DNA of 64,000 nt. Origin: Nemertoderma westbladi. Its lineage: Eukaryota; Animalia; Xenacoelomorpha. The position numbers and the translations under genes were made by a program. Positions 1 to 10,051 of the stretch are shown piece by piece. Where the stretch lies: contig JAUCBJ010000735.1 of NCBI GenBank assembly GCA_032718475.1, positions 47,444-111,443 on the forward strand, in the 5' to 3' direction. The notes under the pieces are model-generated. The model made no database searches, was not told the DNA's origin, and saw only the letters and a list, made by a program, of their open reading frames with translations. The number at the start of each line of letters is the position of its first letter. The first letter of the stretch is position 1.

Positions 1-1279
1 ACGCTGTATATATAAATAATAACGCCGTTGGACTTCTTAAATAATTTTTAGCGGATAGTGGTAGTGAAGTTAGTGTACTGTCTACACTTTATCCGATATC
101 CGTCCAGTTCCAAACATTGTATTAAAAGCGGCCAACCAAACGCATAAAGCTTCTAGTAGACTGCACTAACAATAGATTAATTCCTCATATTCTCCAGCAA
201 TGATCCAACACAAAACAAAGATACAACCAACCGCAAGTCAAAAGTGAAGCAAATTAATAAACCTGAAATCCAATCAACACCAACACTGTTCGCGCTTTTA
301 GACTTTTAACAGTTTAACCTGTTAATTTATTTGTCTTATGATGTCTGACAGCCCGCACAAAATATGACCTCAGCAGAAGCTATGTTTATTTTCAGTGAAT
401 ACCAACAGTTCCTTTTAGGTGCTGCGCTCTAAATACCACGCAGAGATATGACTTATAGTAATTACAACGGATGGGCATGAGACCACACAGTATTTACATT
501 CTTTAGGAATGTATAATTATTCGCTCGCACTTATGTCACTGAAAATAGTACTGAAACACATTAATTTGCTGACTGTCACCAATTTTAATCACAAGGAGAA
601 ATTTAACTCATGTACATTGGGGACTATGAAACATCATAAACTCATACAAACCACTGTTATTTGAGCTAGGCAATTGTGAATAGTATTCCCTTCCGCTTAA
701 CTCAATAATAAAGAAAACCAAGAGAACTACCGGTTATTCATAAGTATTCTCCAACTATTAGCATTAATCAATATGTTACAAATCACAGTATTATAACAAT
801 ATAAATTACATGGTGTGTGGCATTTAATCATCAGTCTGATGTTGTGCTATGAGAGTTGAGAGAGAGTACGAGATATATTTACTGTGTTTGATAGTTCCCT
901 GACACTCTAGCCACATGGTGTTTTGGGCTAAGTCAGAAATGTCAGAATGAATGATTTCGTCACATTACGGTATACAATACATATGTAAACAAAGAATTCG
1001 CAAAGTGAAAATCGCGCTGATTGGCCGAAATGTAACAAATATAACACAGTTTCTACACATAAGGAAACAGCTGGTAAATTTCGTCATGTTAGTTCTGGAT
1101 TAAGACAGACGCGTAGTTGCATAAGTTTATACTTCCTCCAATACCTTAGAACAATGTTGGCCTTTTTAGAGTAGTTTGTGAATTGCACAAAAACGCTACA
1201 TTTTTGCCGCAAAAGCTTTAACACCAACAATTCGAAGAATAACAGTAGAAAATGAAAAGGTCAACGGTAAGGTTAATGA

Positions 1280-1745
1280 CCTCTTGGACAAATACCCAGA
1301 CATATTTAAACCCGTAAATATTTCCCAACCCATTAAACATGATATAGAACATAATATTCTCACTACTGGACTTCCATCGCATTTTAAAGCAAGGCGACTT
1401 TTTGGCGAACGTTTGGATGAGGTAAAGAAGGTATTTGCTAATTAGGAATCCCAAGGTATTCGCTACCGTGGTGAATCCCCATATGCATCACCATTACATA
1501 TGGTTCCACAACCAAACTCGTAAACGACACCATTTTGCACTTGCGGTGATAACCCCGGTTTAAATGCTCAAACAATTCCAGATAGATATCCTATGCCGAA
1601 TTGAAGCGAAATATTAGGTGCTCTACATGAGTCTACGATATTTTCCAAATTAGATTTACAATCTGCTTAAACTTAAATACCAATAGCAAAAGATGATCAA
1701 CATAAAGCAGCAGTCATTACCCCATTTGGTATGTATATTTTTCGG
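1280..1745 (+). pseudogene. Decayed Ty3/Gypsy reverse transcriptase fragment
   Basis: Manual translation gives KHDIEHNILTTG..KARRL..ESPYASPLHMVP..CGD..LNAQTIPDRYPMP..IFSKLDLQSA..AVITPFGMYIF, the N-terminal half of a Gypsy RT, with several in-frame stops. Confidence 0.85.
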
Positions 1746-2197
1746 ACAAAAATCCCATAGAAAATCTACAACATCTAGACTCCATATTACATTGTTTAAT
1801 GTAAAAAAAACTCAAAAAGACTGTTACTTTTAATTAATAAAGAAAAATCAAGATGCTATTTTAAAATAACTGATGCTCCACATCTTATACGGGGGGTGTG
1901 GTATAATGTGCTGTATTTTGATTGATTATAGTAAAAAGACATTTTATATTACAGTAGAAGATGCAAACACAACTACCGGTACTAAAGTAAGATAATTTTT
2001 ATGTATCTGCTAGTGCTGTAGTGTTAGTAATCTGATTTAAATATTTGTAAGCAGTAAGAATAACTAACTGAAAATTAATTGATCAATAAATTAGCTTGCT
2101 TTTTAGCTGAAACTTTGCAATATTAACTGTCTATCTGTTTAGCACATATTTAGAAAAATATATTGTAAACAATCTTGTAATATTATTATTTTTGCAG

Positions 2198-2447
2198 AGG
2201 GCCATAACACTTGGCAACAATTGATGTGTATTGGCAGCCTGTTTCGGATTGAGCAATACCTAGCAGAGATGCGTATGCTAGTGTATCAGTACTACATGGA
2301 GGGGAACATTGGCCATGACAATTATGTATTCTTCAAACATATTTGGACCTCATATAAGCTGGAAAACACGATGTCAATTATTTATTACCAACCAGTTAAA
2401 CTCTATGTTACGGACCACTTAGAAGTGGACACAGCGGTGTCAGCAGA
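2198..2447 (+). CDS. Host gene exon: putative NIT-like sensor domain of a membrane guanylate cyclase
   Basis: Acceptor ttttgcAG and donor GA|GTAAGT (phase 2). Open frame GHNTWQQLMCIGSLFRIEQYLAEMRMLVYQYYMEG..., phase-compatible with the exon at 53713. The NIT assignment is by-eye resemblance plus gene architecture. Confidence 0.7.
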
Positions 2448-2635
2448 GTAAGTTTTGTTGTGAGCCTGAAATGTTAGCCATGAATCAGTGAGCGGTATTG
2501 GTTGTGTACTGCAGCTACCTGCTTTCGAAACATAGGCCTAGCCCTATTATTTTCAATTTCGAATTTTGCGTATCGATTGTAAAAGCTTTTGCGGAATTAG
2601 CTGGTTATTTTCCCCGCAAAGTACTCTGTATTTGG

Positions 2636-4891
2636 TGTAAGGTCCAGTAGTATACCGCTTACCGGATCCTAGTAACGATGTATCTTACCGTAAGATCTAG
2701 TAATGTATACGGGCTCGTACAGTATCTGACAACAAATCCCAGTCCAGGATATCTAAACAAACAGATACAATACACAAACGACTACTGGCGAGGAACAGAG
2801 CCTAGTGTCTATTCTATGTACGTGAGCGGGTCTAATGCCTACGAAACTAGACAAAAGGATACCTGTCCTCTAACCGGTGAGGCAGATGTACAGTTACAGT
2901 AACAGACCAAACTCACGGGAAAACAATCCCCGCGCAGCGAATCCTAACTATCACTGACAGTCCTAAATACCGTAACTTGCCGCGGTGTGATTTATATGGT
3001 TTATATACGAGCTAGTGGGTTAACAGACCTAGCGTAACAACACTGATTCAGTCCTAAATCAGTCGAAAGAGGGTCGTGCCTAATGTAACAATACTGCTGA
3101 ACAGGAAACAACAGTTTAATAACGAAAATGAAATGCTCTCTCTTGCCGTAACTAAATATCAGATCCTAATTTACAAATACAGATAATTTCTACCTAAAGT
3201 AATATATAGTACGCTATAACTAGTAGAACTCTAAGGGCGAATATGTTTTAGGGCGTGTGTGTGTGGGTGTGTTACAAATAAAACAATTTCATGTATCTCC
3301 TTTCACTAGGTTTTAGTGATTTTCTGACCGAAATGATACCGTGCGCTAGCTACTAAAATAAACTAGTCGCGTTTTGTAGAACTTTATACTCACAAATGAC
3401 GTCAAAGCTCTCTTCTTCCTATCCACAACTCAATGGGCAACCACGGTGTTAGTAACTACACCCGTGATCGGCACTAATACCAGATTCTGGTTGTAAGATA
3501 AGAAATAGGGGTTAATCGCTACCGTACGTTAGCTGATCTGGTATACTAATTTAATTCTAGAACTTTGTTGCCGCGGTAGTTAGCAGCAATACCTATCAGT
3601 ACGTGGCAAGGCGCGGTAGGATATTAATAAAACCTCCCTAGGCCAAGCAGTGTGCCGGTAGCAGAAATACTCCTTGCCTGATCAAATAACTAACTCCAGA
3701 CAGGGGGGGGGGGGGGGGGGTACTAATGTACGTTCTACAAAGCGAACCGGTACCAAACAGTCAGTACTACGAATCACTAAATTATGGAACATATGCTGTC
3801 CGTACCTATGTACTCGCGTACTGACGAATGGCAATAGTTCGCACCTGTGAGAAGTACAGGTTAACCCAGGGGTTCGCAGGACTGACAAAGGGGGGGGGGG
3901 GGGGGGGGGGTTCCTGTCTAAATATAATTATTTGATCCTAAATTTTGCGGCGTCCAGGACGGCGTCACGCTTACCCTGATCTATAGGTCTTACGGCGGGC
4001 AAGGGCGTCGAACAAAGTCTTACCTTTCTCACAAAGCGGGCGCTGCATGGCAAGTTGAGCATTTCGAAGGGCAAAGGGGGTGCGCGGTCAAATCCAAAGT
4101 GGGCGCTAGCGTGTTGTGGACATCTTTCCCCTGCGTTGCTGACGGCCTAACGGTCTAGGCTGCCATCTTCCCGATGTTTGGCTGTCCCAAAGTTGGACCA
4201 AAAGAAAACATGTTCAGGAATTTGCAGTATATTTACAGTTTAGCAAAGGATTTATCAAACAGATTTAACAAAGTTTCAACAAGAAACCAAATAAACTAAT
4301 AACAATGATATAAGAAGATACTAGTGAAGTATAAGGTGTAAGGGTCAAAATGATAAGGTGATAACCGAAGGCAAACCGGCCTTTTTATACTAAATATCGC
4401 ACATGGAAACCAAACAGAATTTTCCACAGCTTCACATTTGAGCAATAAAGTGTTTCGTGCCCTATGATTGGCCCAGCTCATCGTTCAACGCAGTCCGGCC
4501 CTGACACTAAATCTGGGACATGGAATCCTAACAGAATTTTCCATGGCCTCACATTTGAGCAATAAGATATTTTATGCCCCATGATTGGCCTGGCTCATCG
4601 TTCGCTACGTTGTACGCTTCTCATTGGTCCACCAATTAGCACCAAACGAAAATAAATGGCCCCAAAATACAAATTTCCCGACCAGGATTCGAACTTGTAA
4701 CCTATCTGTAATGTAACCAACGCCTTAACCATCTGACCACTACGCCACGAGAGTACCTAGGGGCTTTATGTGTACAAATATAAATAGGCAATATTACATT
4801 ACTGTAACTTAATCAAAATGCGTCGGATTTTCGAAAGTTTTTACGTTAAAGTTAAACTACATATGCTATCTTATAGTGAAATAATTCATCA
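2636..4891 (-). repeat. Element B 3' LTR (2256 bp)
   Basis: About 99% identical by eye to 19839-22070. Preceded on the minus strand by the purine tract ATGGAGCGG (4892-4900). Confidence 0.97.
4680..4746 (-). other. tRNA-like (Pol III A/B box) sequence in the B LTR; second copy at 21858-21925
   Basis: Minus strand reads GTAGTGGTCAGATGGTTAAGGCG...GTTCGAATCC, resembling a tRNA D-arm/A box and T-arm/B box. No convincing acceptor or anticodon stems. Confidence 0.65.
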
Positions 4892-5293
4892 CCGCTCCAT
4901 GAAAACAGTAAGTAAGACTGTTTTCACCAATCGAAATATAAAATGTTTACAAACTACTTATAAATCTACTGGTAGGGCCTAAAATATAAAATATAATCAC
5001 TATCTAATTATTGCATACTTAATATTGCAGATACGGCGTAAATACAATCGATCGTACATACAAATACAAATTTACTAATTAACTTTAGTGCCTAAAATAC
5101 AAAAAAGGCTTTCGGTTATCAAGGTAAGCAAATTAAACAAATCAGAACAAATAAATCAAAACAAATCGAACAAATAATTGTAACTCTTTCAATAAATCTT
5201 TACATATTGTAAATATACATAATAAACTTCCACCAAATTAAATCAGTTCAAATATAATATAAACACAATGCGCTAATAACTTTCAAATGAGTC

Positions 5294-8200
5294 TTAAAGG
5301 GTCCTCCTGACAAGCTTAAAAGTTCGTCCTACTGGTCTGGATATCTTCTCCTGAGCACTAATTGCTAACGGTAGGCTCGCAAGCCTTCCTTTCCATATCT
5401 CGCTCCTCCAAACCCAACATTCAAACATAATGTCCAATATAAATATCCAAATATAATATCCAAATATAATATCCAAATATAATATCCAAATATAATATCC
5501 AAATATAATATCCAAATATAATATCCAAATATAATATCCAAATATAATATCCAAATATAATATCCAAATCGGTAGGCTCGCAAGCCTTCCTTCTTCTCGC
5601 TTCCTATTCCTTCGCTGAGCGGGCTCGTCCACGTCCTCTAGTGCGATTGGGGGTGGTCGAGGTCGAACTGGGCTCGGACTTCGGCGTCGAGTCGTCGGTG
5701 GTTCCAAAACGCTAGGAAAGGGGACGACGGGAGTTTCGCACATCCATTGTGCGCTCAATCCTCTAAATCCTCGTCCGATTCCAACTGTCGGCTTAACATC
5801 GGATCGAGTCTCCATAACGCTAGGAGGAAGTCGAAAGGGTGGGACTGTTCCATCCGCTGACACCTCGCTCTCTGACGTCGTTTGAATCCTAATGGGTTCA
5901 GGCAAAGCGTATCCTGTCCCTCCGCGTGGTTCTCTAGCAAGGGAAACCGTGCCCCGAGTCATCCGGATTTGCGACTTCGATGTCGTCCTCTCGGCGACAT
6001 TTACTATCTTCTTTATCTCTTGTCCGGCCTTCTGGGCTTTGAGTATACGAAATTGCTGATCATCCTGTGGGTGACGCGTCTTCTCTATTAACGGCGTGGC
6101 CTTGAAGCCAGTCTCACGCAAAACGTCGGTCTCGTCTAGAATACACGAGCTTACGCGTTTGTGATAAAATGCGCTCCGGTATGCCCAAGCTATCGAATGC
6201 CAGGCTCCTCGATTCCGCTGTTCAACTCGCAGTTTATCGAATTCTCCGGCGGTAATCTTGTTCACCACAGTTTGAAAGTTCCAAGTATTCTTGTTGTCAG
6301 GGTGCTCTTGTAAGAAATAGTCCCGCTCAACTTTGAATCCACTGTCCAATGGCAATATATCCAATACCTCCAACAATTCATCATACTGAGGCATAGCCGA
6401 TACATATCCTTCCTTTGACATTATGAGAGGGTTTACGGCCCAAAATCCCAAATGTGCTCTCATAGGGAAGCGGCGTCGCTGCGTCGATACATGCTCGTCT
6501 GCTAGATCCTCCCAATGGTCGAATAATTGTCGAACGATTTTAACTGACATGTGCTCATAGGGGATGTCTCTAAGTTGACATTCGGATGCCCTATGGCCCT
6601 TAATATTACAATAAGTACACTGCGCCACGAAATGCCAGCAAGTGTAGAAAGTGTGCGAACGTTGATCCCCGCACCATTTACATACTAAATCCGGTAGAGA
6701 TATGTGCTTCGCTCCGCATTTCTTTGCGTGATGGCCAGTTGCTCCGCATCTGCCACAAATAGTGTTGGCAGGATACCAAACTCGCTCATAGATGAGATCT
6801 CCGATGGGGCGAGCGCTACCGTCCACGTGATAATTCTCATCATCCGGGTCAGTCGGTATGTTCGTCTCCGTAGGTTGTACACAAACCATGGCATCGCTTT
6901 TCTCCAACTCGCGTATCTCAGTTCGCGTCTTCCTCGGAAGGTTCTCCTCTATCTCTATGAGTTGCCGTAACGGTTCGTCTATTAGCGCCAACTCGGTCGG
7001 ATCCACATCGTCGTGATGGGCGGTAGGCTCGCGAGCGTTCCAGGATCCTTCCGGGCGTTCGAATTCCGCGTGGCGTTCCCCGTCGTAGGGTACTAACGTT
7101 AACATCGACGGTCTGTCGACTAGACTTCCCGCGTGAGTGAGATAGACGTCCCTGAAAACGCTAAGTCCCGCTCGCGTGAAAACTTCGCAGTACGCATCGG
7201 TGTTATAAAAGTGTTGGAGAAATCGTTGGAATACATCAGTATGCGTCCTTCCTCCCTCGTAAAAGGTATGTCCTTCGCCAAGACATAACGGGTGTCGATT
7301 TAGGGTTCTGGATACTACATCCGCGATGAAACAAACGTTAACCGAAGATTCTATCGCTAAATAGTATTGCAAGATTATCCGCGGAGGTGAAGTAATCACC
7401 CAATACACGCAACCTCGCCACTTCAACTGTGACTCGAACTCGTTTACGCCGGGGGTATCTCCCTCTCCGTATACGTCCGTGTATTTGCTCCTCTTACTCT
7501 CCTTGTAATCCCAACTGAACATTAGATATGAGATATAACCCGTCCCAGTTTTTAGTGTGTTATACTCCCTAAAATATCCTTGCTCAATAGCCCAAAGCAA
7601 CAATGGTCTAGTATCCACGTATGGCGTAGGCAATCGGTCCTCTTCCGTGGGCATCCCTGCAAAGTCGCTAATAAGGTCATCCCGTACACCGGATCCGATC
7701 TTGACGATGCTCTTATCCAACACAACGTCTCGCACGGCCTTTGGCAACATCCTAGCTTCTATGCTACAAGCCAGGTCCATGGATTTAACTATCCGTTTTA
7801 TCATCGCGTGTCTTTGCGTCGTTCCTTCCGGCATAGGCATCTTCCTATCACTCCTCTGTCGGCTGAAGACATGTAACACGCCATCTGGTGCTCTAATCTG
7901 TATAGTCTTCGAAGTGAGGCTTTGCTGATGGCTTCCTCCTTCATTATCGTAAAACATATAACCATTCTCCTTCAGAGATCGGCTAGTCACGTCCCAATCG
8001 TCGAGTAAATCGTCGGTAGGGTTCCAAATTCTCCCAATCGACTTTTCATCATCGAAACTAATAGGTTTACCGGTCCAATTGGTCGCGATATCGGTGTCGG
8101 TCTCAAACGTTCCAACTCCGATCCATAATCGAATCATCTTCGTCAGATATCCTCGCAAGATACAAGGTGCGATATCCGTCCCCGCGCGATCCACTTCTTT

Positions 8201-8527
8201 AAAGTCCGTAATATGTGGAGGCACGTTGCGTACGATTTTTTGAACTATTACTTTACGCAACTCGGCTGACTCTAACACATCACCGAAGGTAACCGATGGG
8301 AGGAAATCCAGGTTCGAGATGATCTCCGGGTGTTCAACTATAGGGATCTCGTAAGTTGTCTCCTTCCGGGTCGGTATACTAATAGGAAAACTAGTTGGTC
8401 TCGCAACCAGTACTATCGCTCCAGTAGAATGGGGCTGAGGTTCTCGCGTCATCTCGACATGAGGTATCTGTAGTCTCTGCGACAAACGCTGAGCAAAGGT
8501 GATACTATCGAAGAGCTCGGGTGTCAT
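5294..8527 (-). CDS. Element B accessory ORF (1077 aa): WRN/Mut-7/EXD-like DEDDy 3'-5' exonuclease domain plus three CCHC-type zinc knuckles
   Basis: ExoI FYDNEG, TIQIRAPDGVLHVF, LPKAVRDVVLDKSIVKIGSGVRDD (ExoII), YVDTR, ExoIII-like QYYLAIE (~7330-7970). Knuckles CGRCGATGHHAKKC, CKWCGDQRSHTFYTC, CTYCNIKGHRASEC. Confidence 0.8.
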   Translation of the reverse strand: MTPELFDSITFAQRLSQRLQIPHVEMTREPQPHSTGAIVLVARPTSFPISIPTRKETTYEIPIVEHPEIISNLDFLPSVTFGDVLESAELRKVIVQKIVRNVPPHITDFKEVDRAGTDIAPCILRGYLTKMIRLWIGVGTFETDTDIATNWTGKPISFDDEKSIGRIWNPTDDLLDDWDVTSRSLKENGYMFYDNEGGSHQQSLTSKTIQIRAPDGVLHVFSRQRSDRKMPMPEGTTQRHAMIKRIVKSMDLACSIEARMLPKAVRDVVLDKSIVKIGSGVRDDLISDFAGMPTEEDRLPTPYVDTRPLLLWAIEQGYFREYNTLKTGTGYISYLMFSWDYKESKRSKYTDVYGEGDTPGVNEFESQLKWRGCVYWVITSPPRIILQYYLAIESSVNVCFIADVVSRTLNRHPLCLGEGHTFYEGGRTHTDVFQRFLQHFYNTDAYCEVFTRAGLSVFRDVYLTHAGSLVDRPSMLTLVPYDGERHAEFERPEGSWNAREPTAHHDDVDPTELALIDEPLRQLIEIEENLPRKTRTEIRELEKSDAMVCVQPTETNIPTDPDDENYHVDGSARPIGDLIYERVWYPANTICGRCGATGHHAKKCGAKHISLPDLVCKWCGDQRSHTFYTCWHFVAQCTYCNIKGHRASECQLRDIPYEHMSVKIVRQLFDHWEDLADEHVSTQRRRFPMRAHLGFWAVNPLIMSKEGYVSAMPQYDELLEVLDILPLDSGFKVERDYFLQEHPDNKNTWNFQTVVNKITAGEFDKLRVEQRNRGAWHSIAWAYRSAFYHKRVSSCILDETDVLRETGFKATPLIEKTRHPQDDQQFRILKAQKAGQEIKKIVNVAERTTSKSQIRMTRGTVSLAREPRGGTGYALPEPIRIQTTSESEVSADGTVPPFRLPPSVMETRSDVKPTVGIGRGFRGLSAQWMCETPVVPFPSVLEPPTTRRRSPSPVRPRPPPIALEDVDEPAQRRNRKREEGRLASLPIWILYLDIIFGYYIWILYLDIIFGYYIWILYLDIIFGYYIWIFILDIMFECWVWRSEIWKGRLASLPLAISAQEKISRPVGRTFKLVRRTL
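5436..5569. repeat. 15-bp tandem repeat (ATATCCAAATATAAT)~8-9
   Basis: Directly visible; flanked by two copies of the 20-nt hairpin motif. Confidence 0.95.
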
Positions 8528-9323
8528 CTCCTTGGGTTCGGTTTGATCGTGGGATATCCAATAGAATGGTAGGCTCGCGAGCCTTCCGCCGAACTCCTCG
8601 ATCTCGCCTTTCTTCCCGTTTCTCTTGTGTCGACTTATTAGACTCGTCCACTACCATGCTGTAGACGTCTGGTTCGACTAATTTGGGTTCGTAAATAACG
8701 ATCTCACCCGCGTTCGGTCCACTCATTTTAAACGAATGATACGGATTTGTCAAAGGGTATCCGCCTTCTTGGTAACGTAGACTTTGGTGGTGTGAACATC
8801 GCGCTAATATCGGCTCGGGGTTCTCCGAGTTCAACCGCATAGGAATTGCGTTGTCTTGCTCGCGCATACATGCTCCACATTTATAAAACAGTTTGTATAT
8901 GGAGAACGCGTCCTTGGTCTCTGGATCCGCTCCTCGAGCGCGTCTATAAAGATGCATTCCTTCAAATTCGTCTCTAGCTGCGGGTAAGGGTTCATTTACT
9001 GTCAAATATTGCAGCGTATGATACAATCGGCGTATTTCGGTGTCTGGATCCTCGCAAATGTCGCTAGCGTCGCATAACGCATCGTAGGGATATAACGCAT
9101 TGAACTCCGCGCGTAATTCCTCCGTTCTTTTGTTGTATGCGTCCAACCGCTGTCGCGTAACATTCGGGGCCGCCTTGGATTTAGCGAGCTTGGCCGTACT
9201 CCTAGCCATACTCTCCACTCCAAACACACTAAAGTTTTTAGCTCCATAAAGATTGAATGGTGCCTGGTGCTCTTGTTCTTGCGTAAACCCTTGACATAAC
9301 TCTTTATACATCTTCTCCGCCAT
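8505..9323 (-). CDS. Element B accessory ORF (272 aa), putative Zn-binding protein of unknown function
   Basis: ATG-initiated open frame overlapping the start of the next ORF by 23 nt. Has a CxxC...CxxH motif and visible homology to the accessory ORF of C. Confidence 0.8.
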   Translation of the reverse strand: MAEKMYKELCQGFTQEQEHQAPFNLYGAKNFSVFGVESMARSTAKLAKSKAAPNVTRQRLDAYNKRTEELRAEFNALYPYDALCDASDICEDPDTEIRRLYHTLQYLTVNEPLPAARDEFEGMHLYRRARGADPETKDAFSIYKLFYKCGACMREQDNAIPMRLNSENPEPILARCSHHQSLRYQEGGYPLTNPYHSFKMSGPNAGEIVIYEPKLVEPDVYSMVVDESNKSTQEKREERRDRGVRRKAREPTILLDIPRSNRTQGDDTRALR

Positions 9324-10051
9324 CGTATATGAATATATATGTGGTTACATATCGTTACGTTTCTACTAGATGAAGCACAAAATAGAGGTTAGATGTGAGG
9401 TGACTTAGAGTTTGTCGGCTTTTGGCTCAACTCTGCTCTAAACCCCAACCCATTTGCCTAATGATTTCGGGTTCGCGTGATTTTGCACTGGCTCCTAATC
9501 CAAAAAATGTGCCGATAAAAAACGAATTCCGGGTAAACTAGCCTTTTAATTTCACCTTTTAATTTCCCATGCTACATTCCCCAAGAAAATAGTGCAGTCG
9601 AGAATTAATTGGTCTAAATAATAGTAGACACGACTACGTAGAACAAGGCCGATTTTCTTTTCCAAAAAAAAATTTTTCGGTAGGCTCGCAAGCCTTCCAT
9701 CCGCTCTTGTCCTCCCCAATTTTAATTTTTATCTAGCTGTATTCTAGAATTTGCTTTCACTGGAGAATCGTTTTTCTTAAATTTAAATCCAAATAAATGG
9801 ATTTGTCTAATAATTTTTGAAAAATTGTCTCACTTGTGGGTTCCAAGTGGAATTCCATTCCTACTGTACACACAATCCCGCTCCTATGTGATACATAAGG
9901 GTACTACCCTCCATGTTCACGTATAAAGACAATGGAATTCCACTGCTGTCTCTATCTACAGTGAAGAGGATTACAAATGCACGTACAGTAATACAAATAC
10001 AAATAATTAAAATACAGTAGGTCTATGTGGCGGCCAATCAAGGTCCCACAT

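Noticed and set aside
1955-1986. Possible micro-exon of the host gene (VEDANTTT)
   Set aside because: AG/GT signals exist, but the obvious donor is not phase-compatible with the 2198 acceptor. It cannot be resolved without transcripts.
2678-4481. Short ORFs in LTRs (also 19881-21330, 28803-29715, 40432-41088)
   Set aside because: They are duplicated only because they lie in LTRs, and show no recognisable protein features.
4680-4746. Functional tRNA gene
   Set aside because: A/B boxes are present, but the acceptor and anticodon stems do not pair convincingly.
5294-8527. env gene
   Set aside because: No signal peptide or fusion-glycoprotein pattern. The only hydrophobic stretch comes from a microsatellite, and the motifs fit an exonuclease with zinc knuckles.
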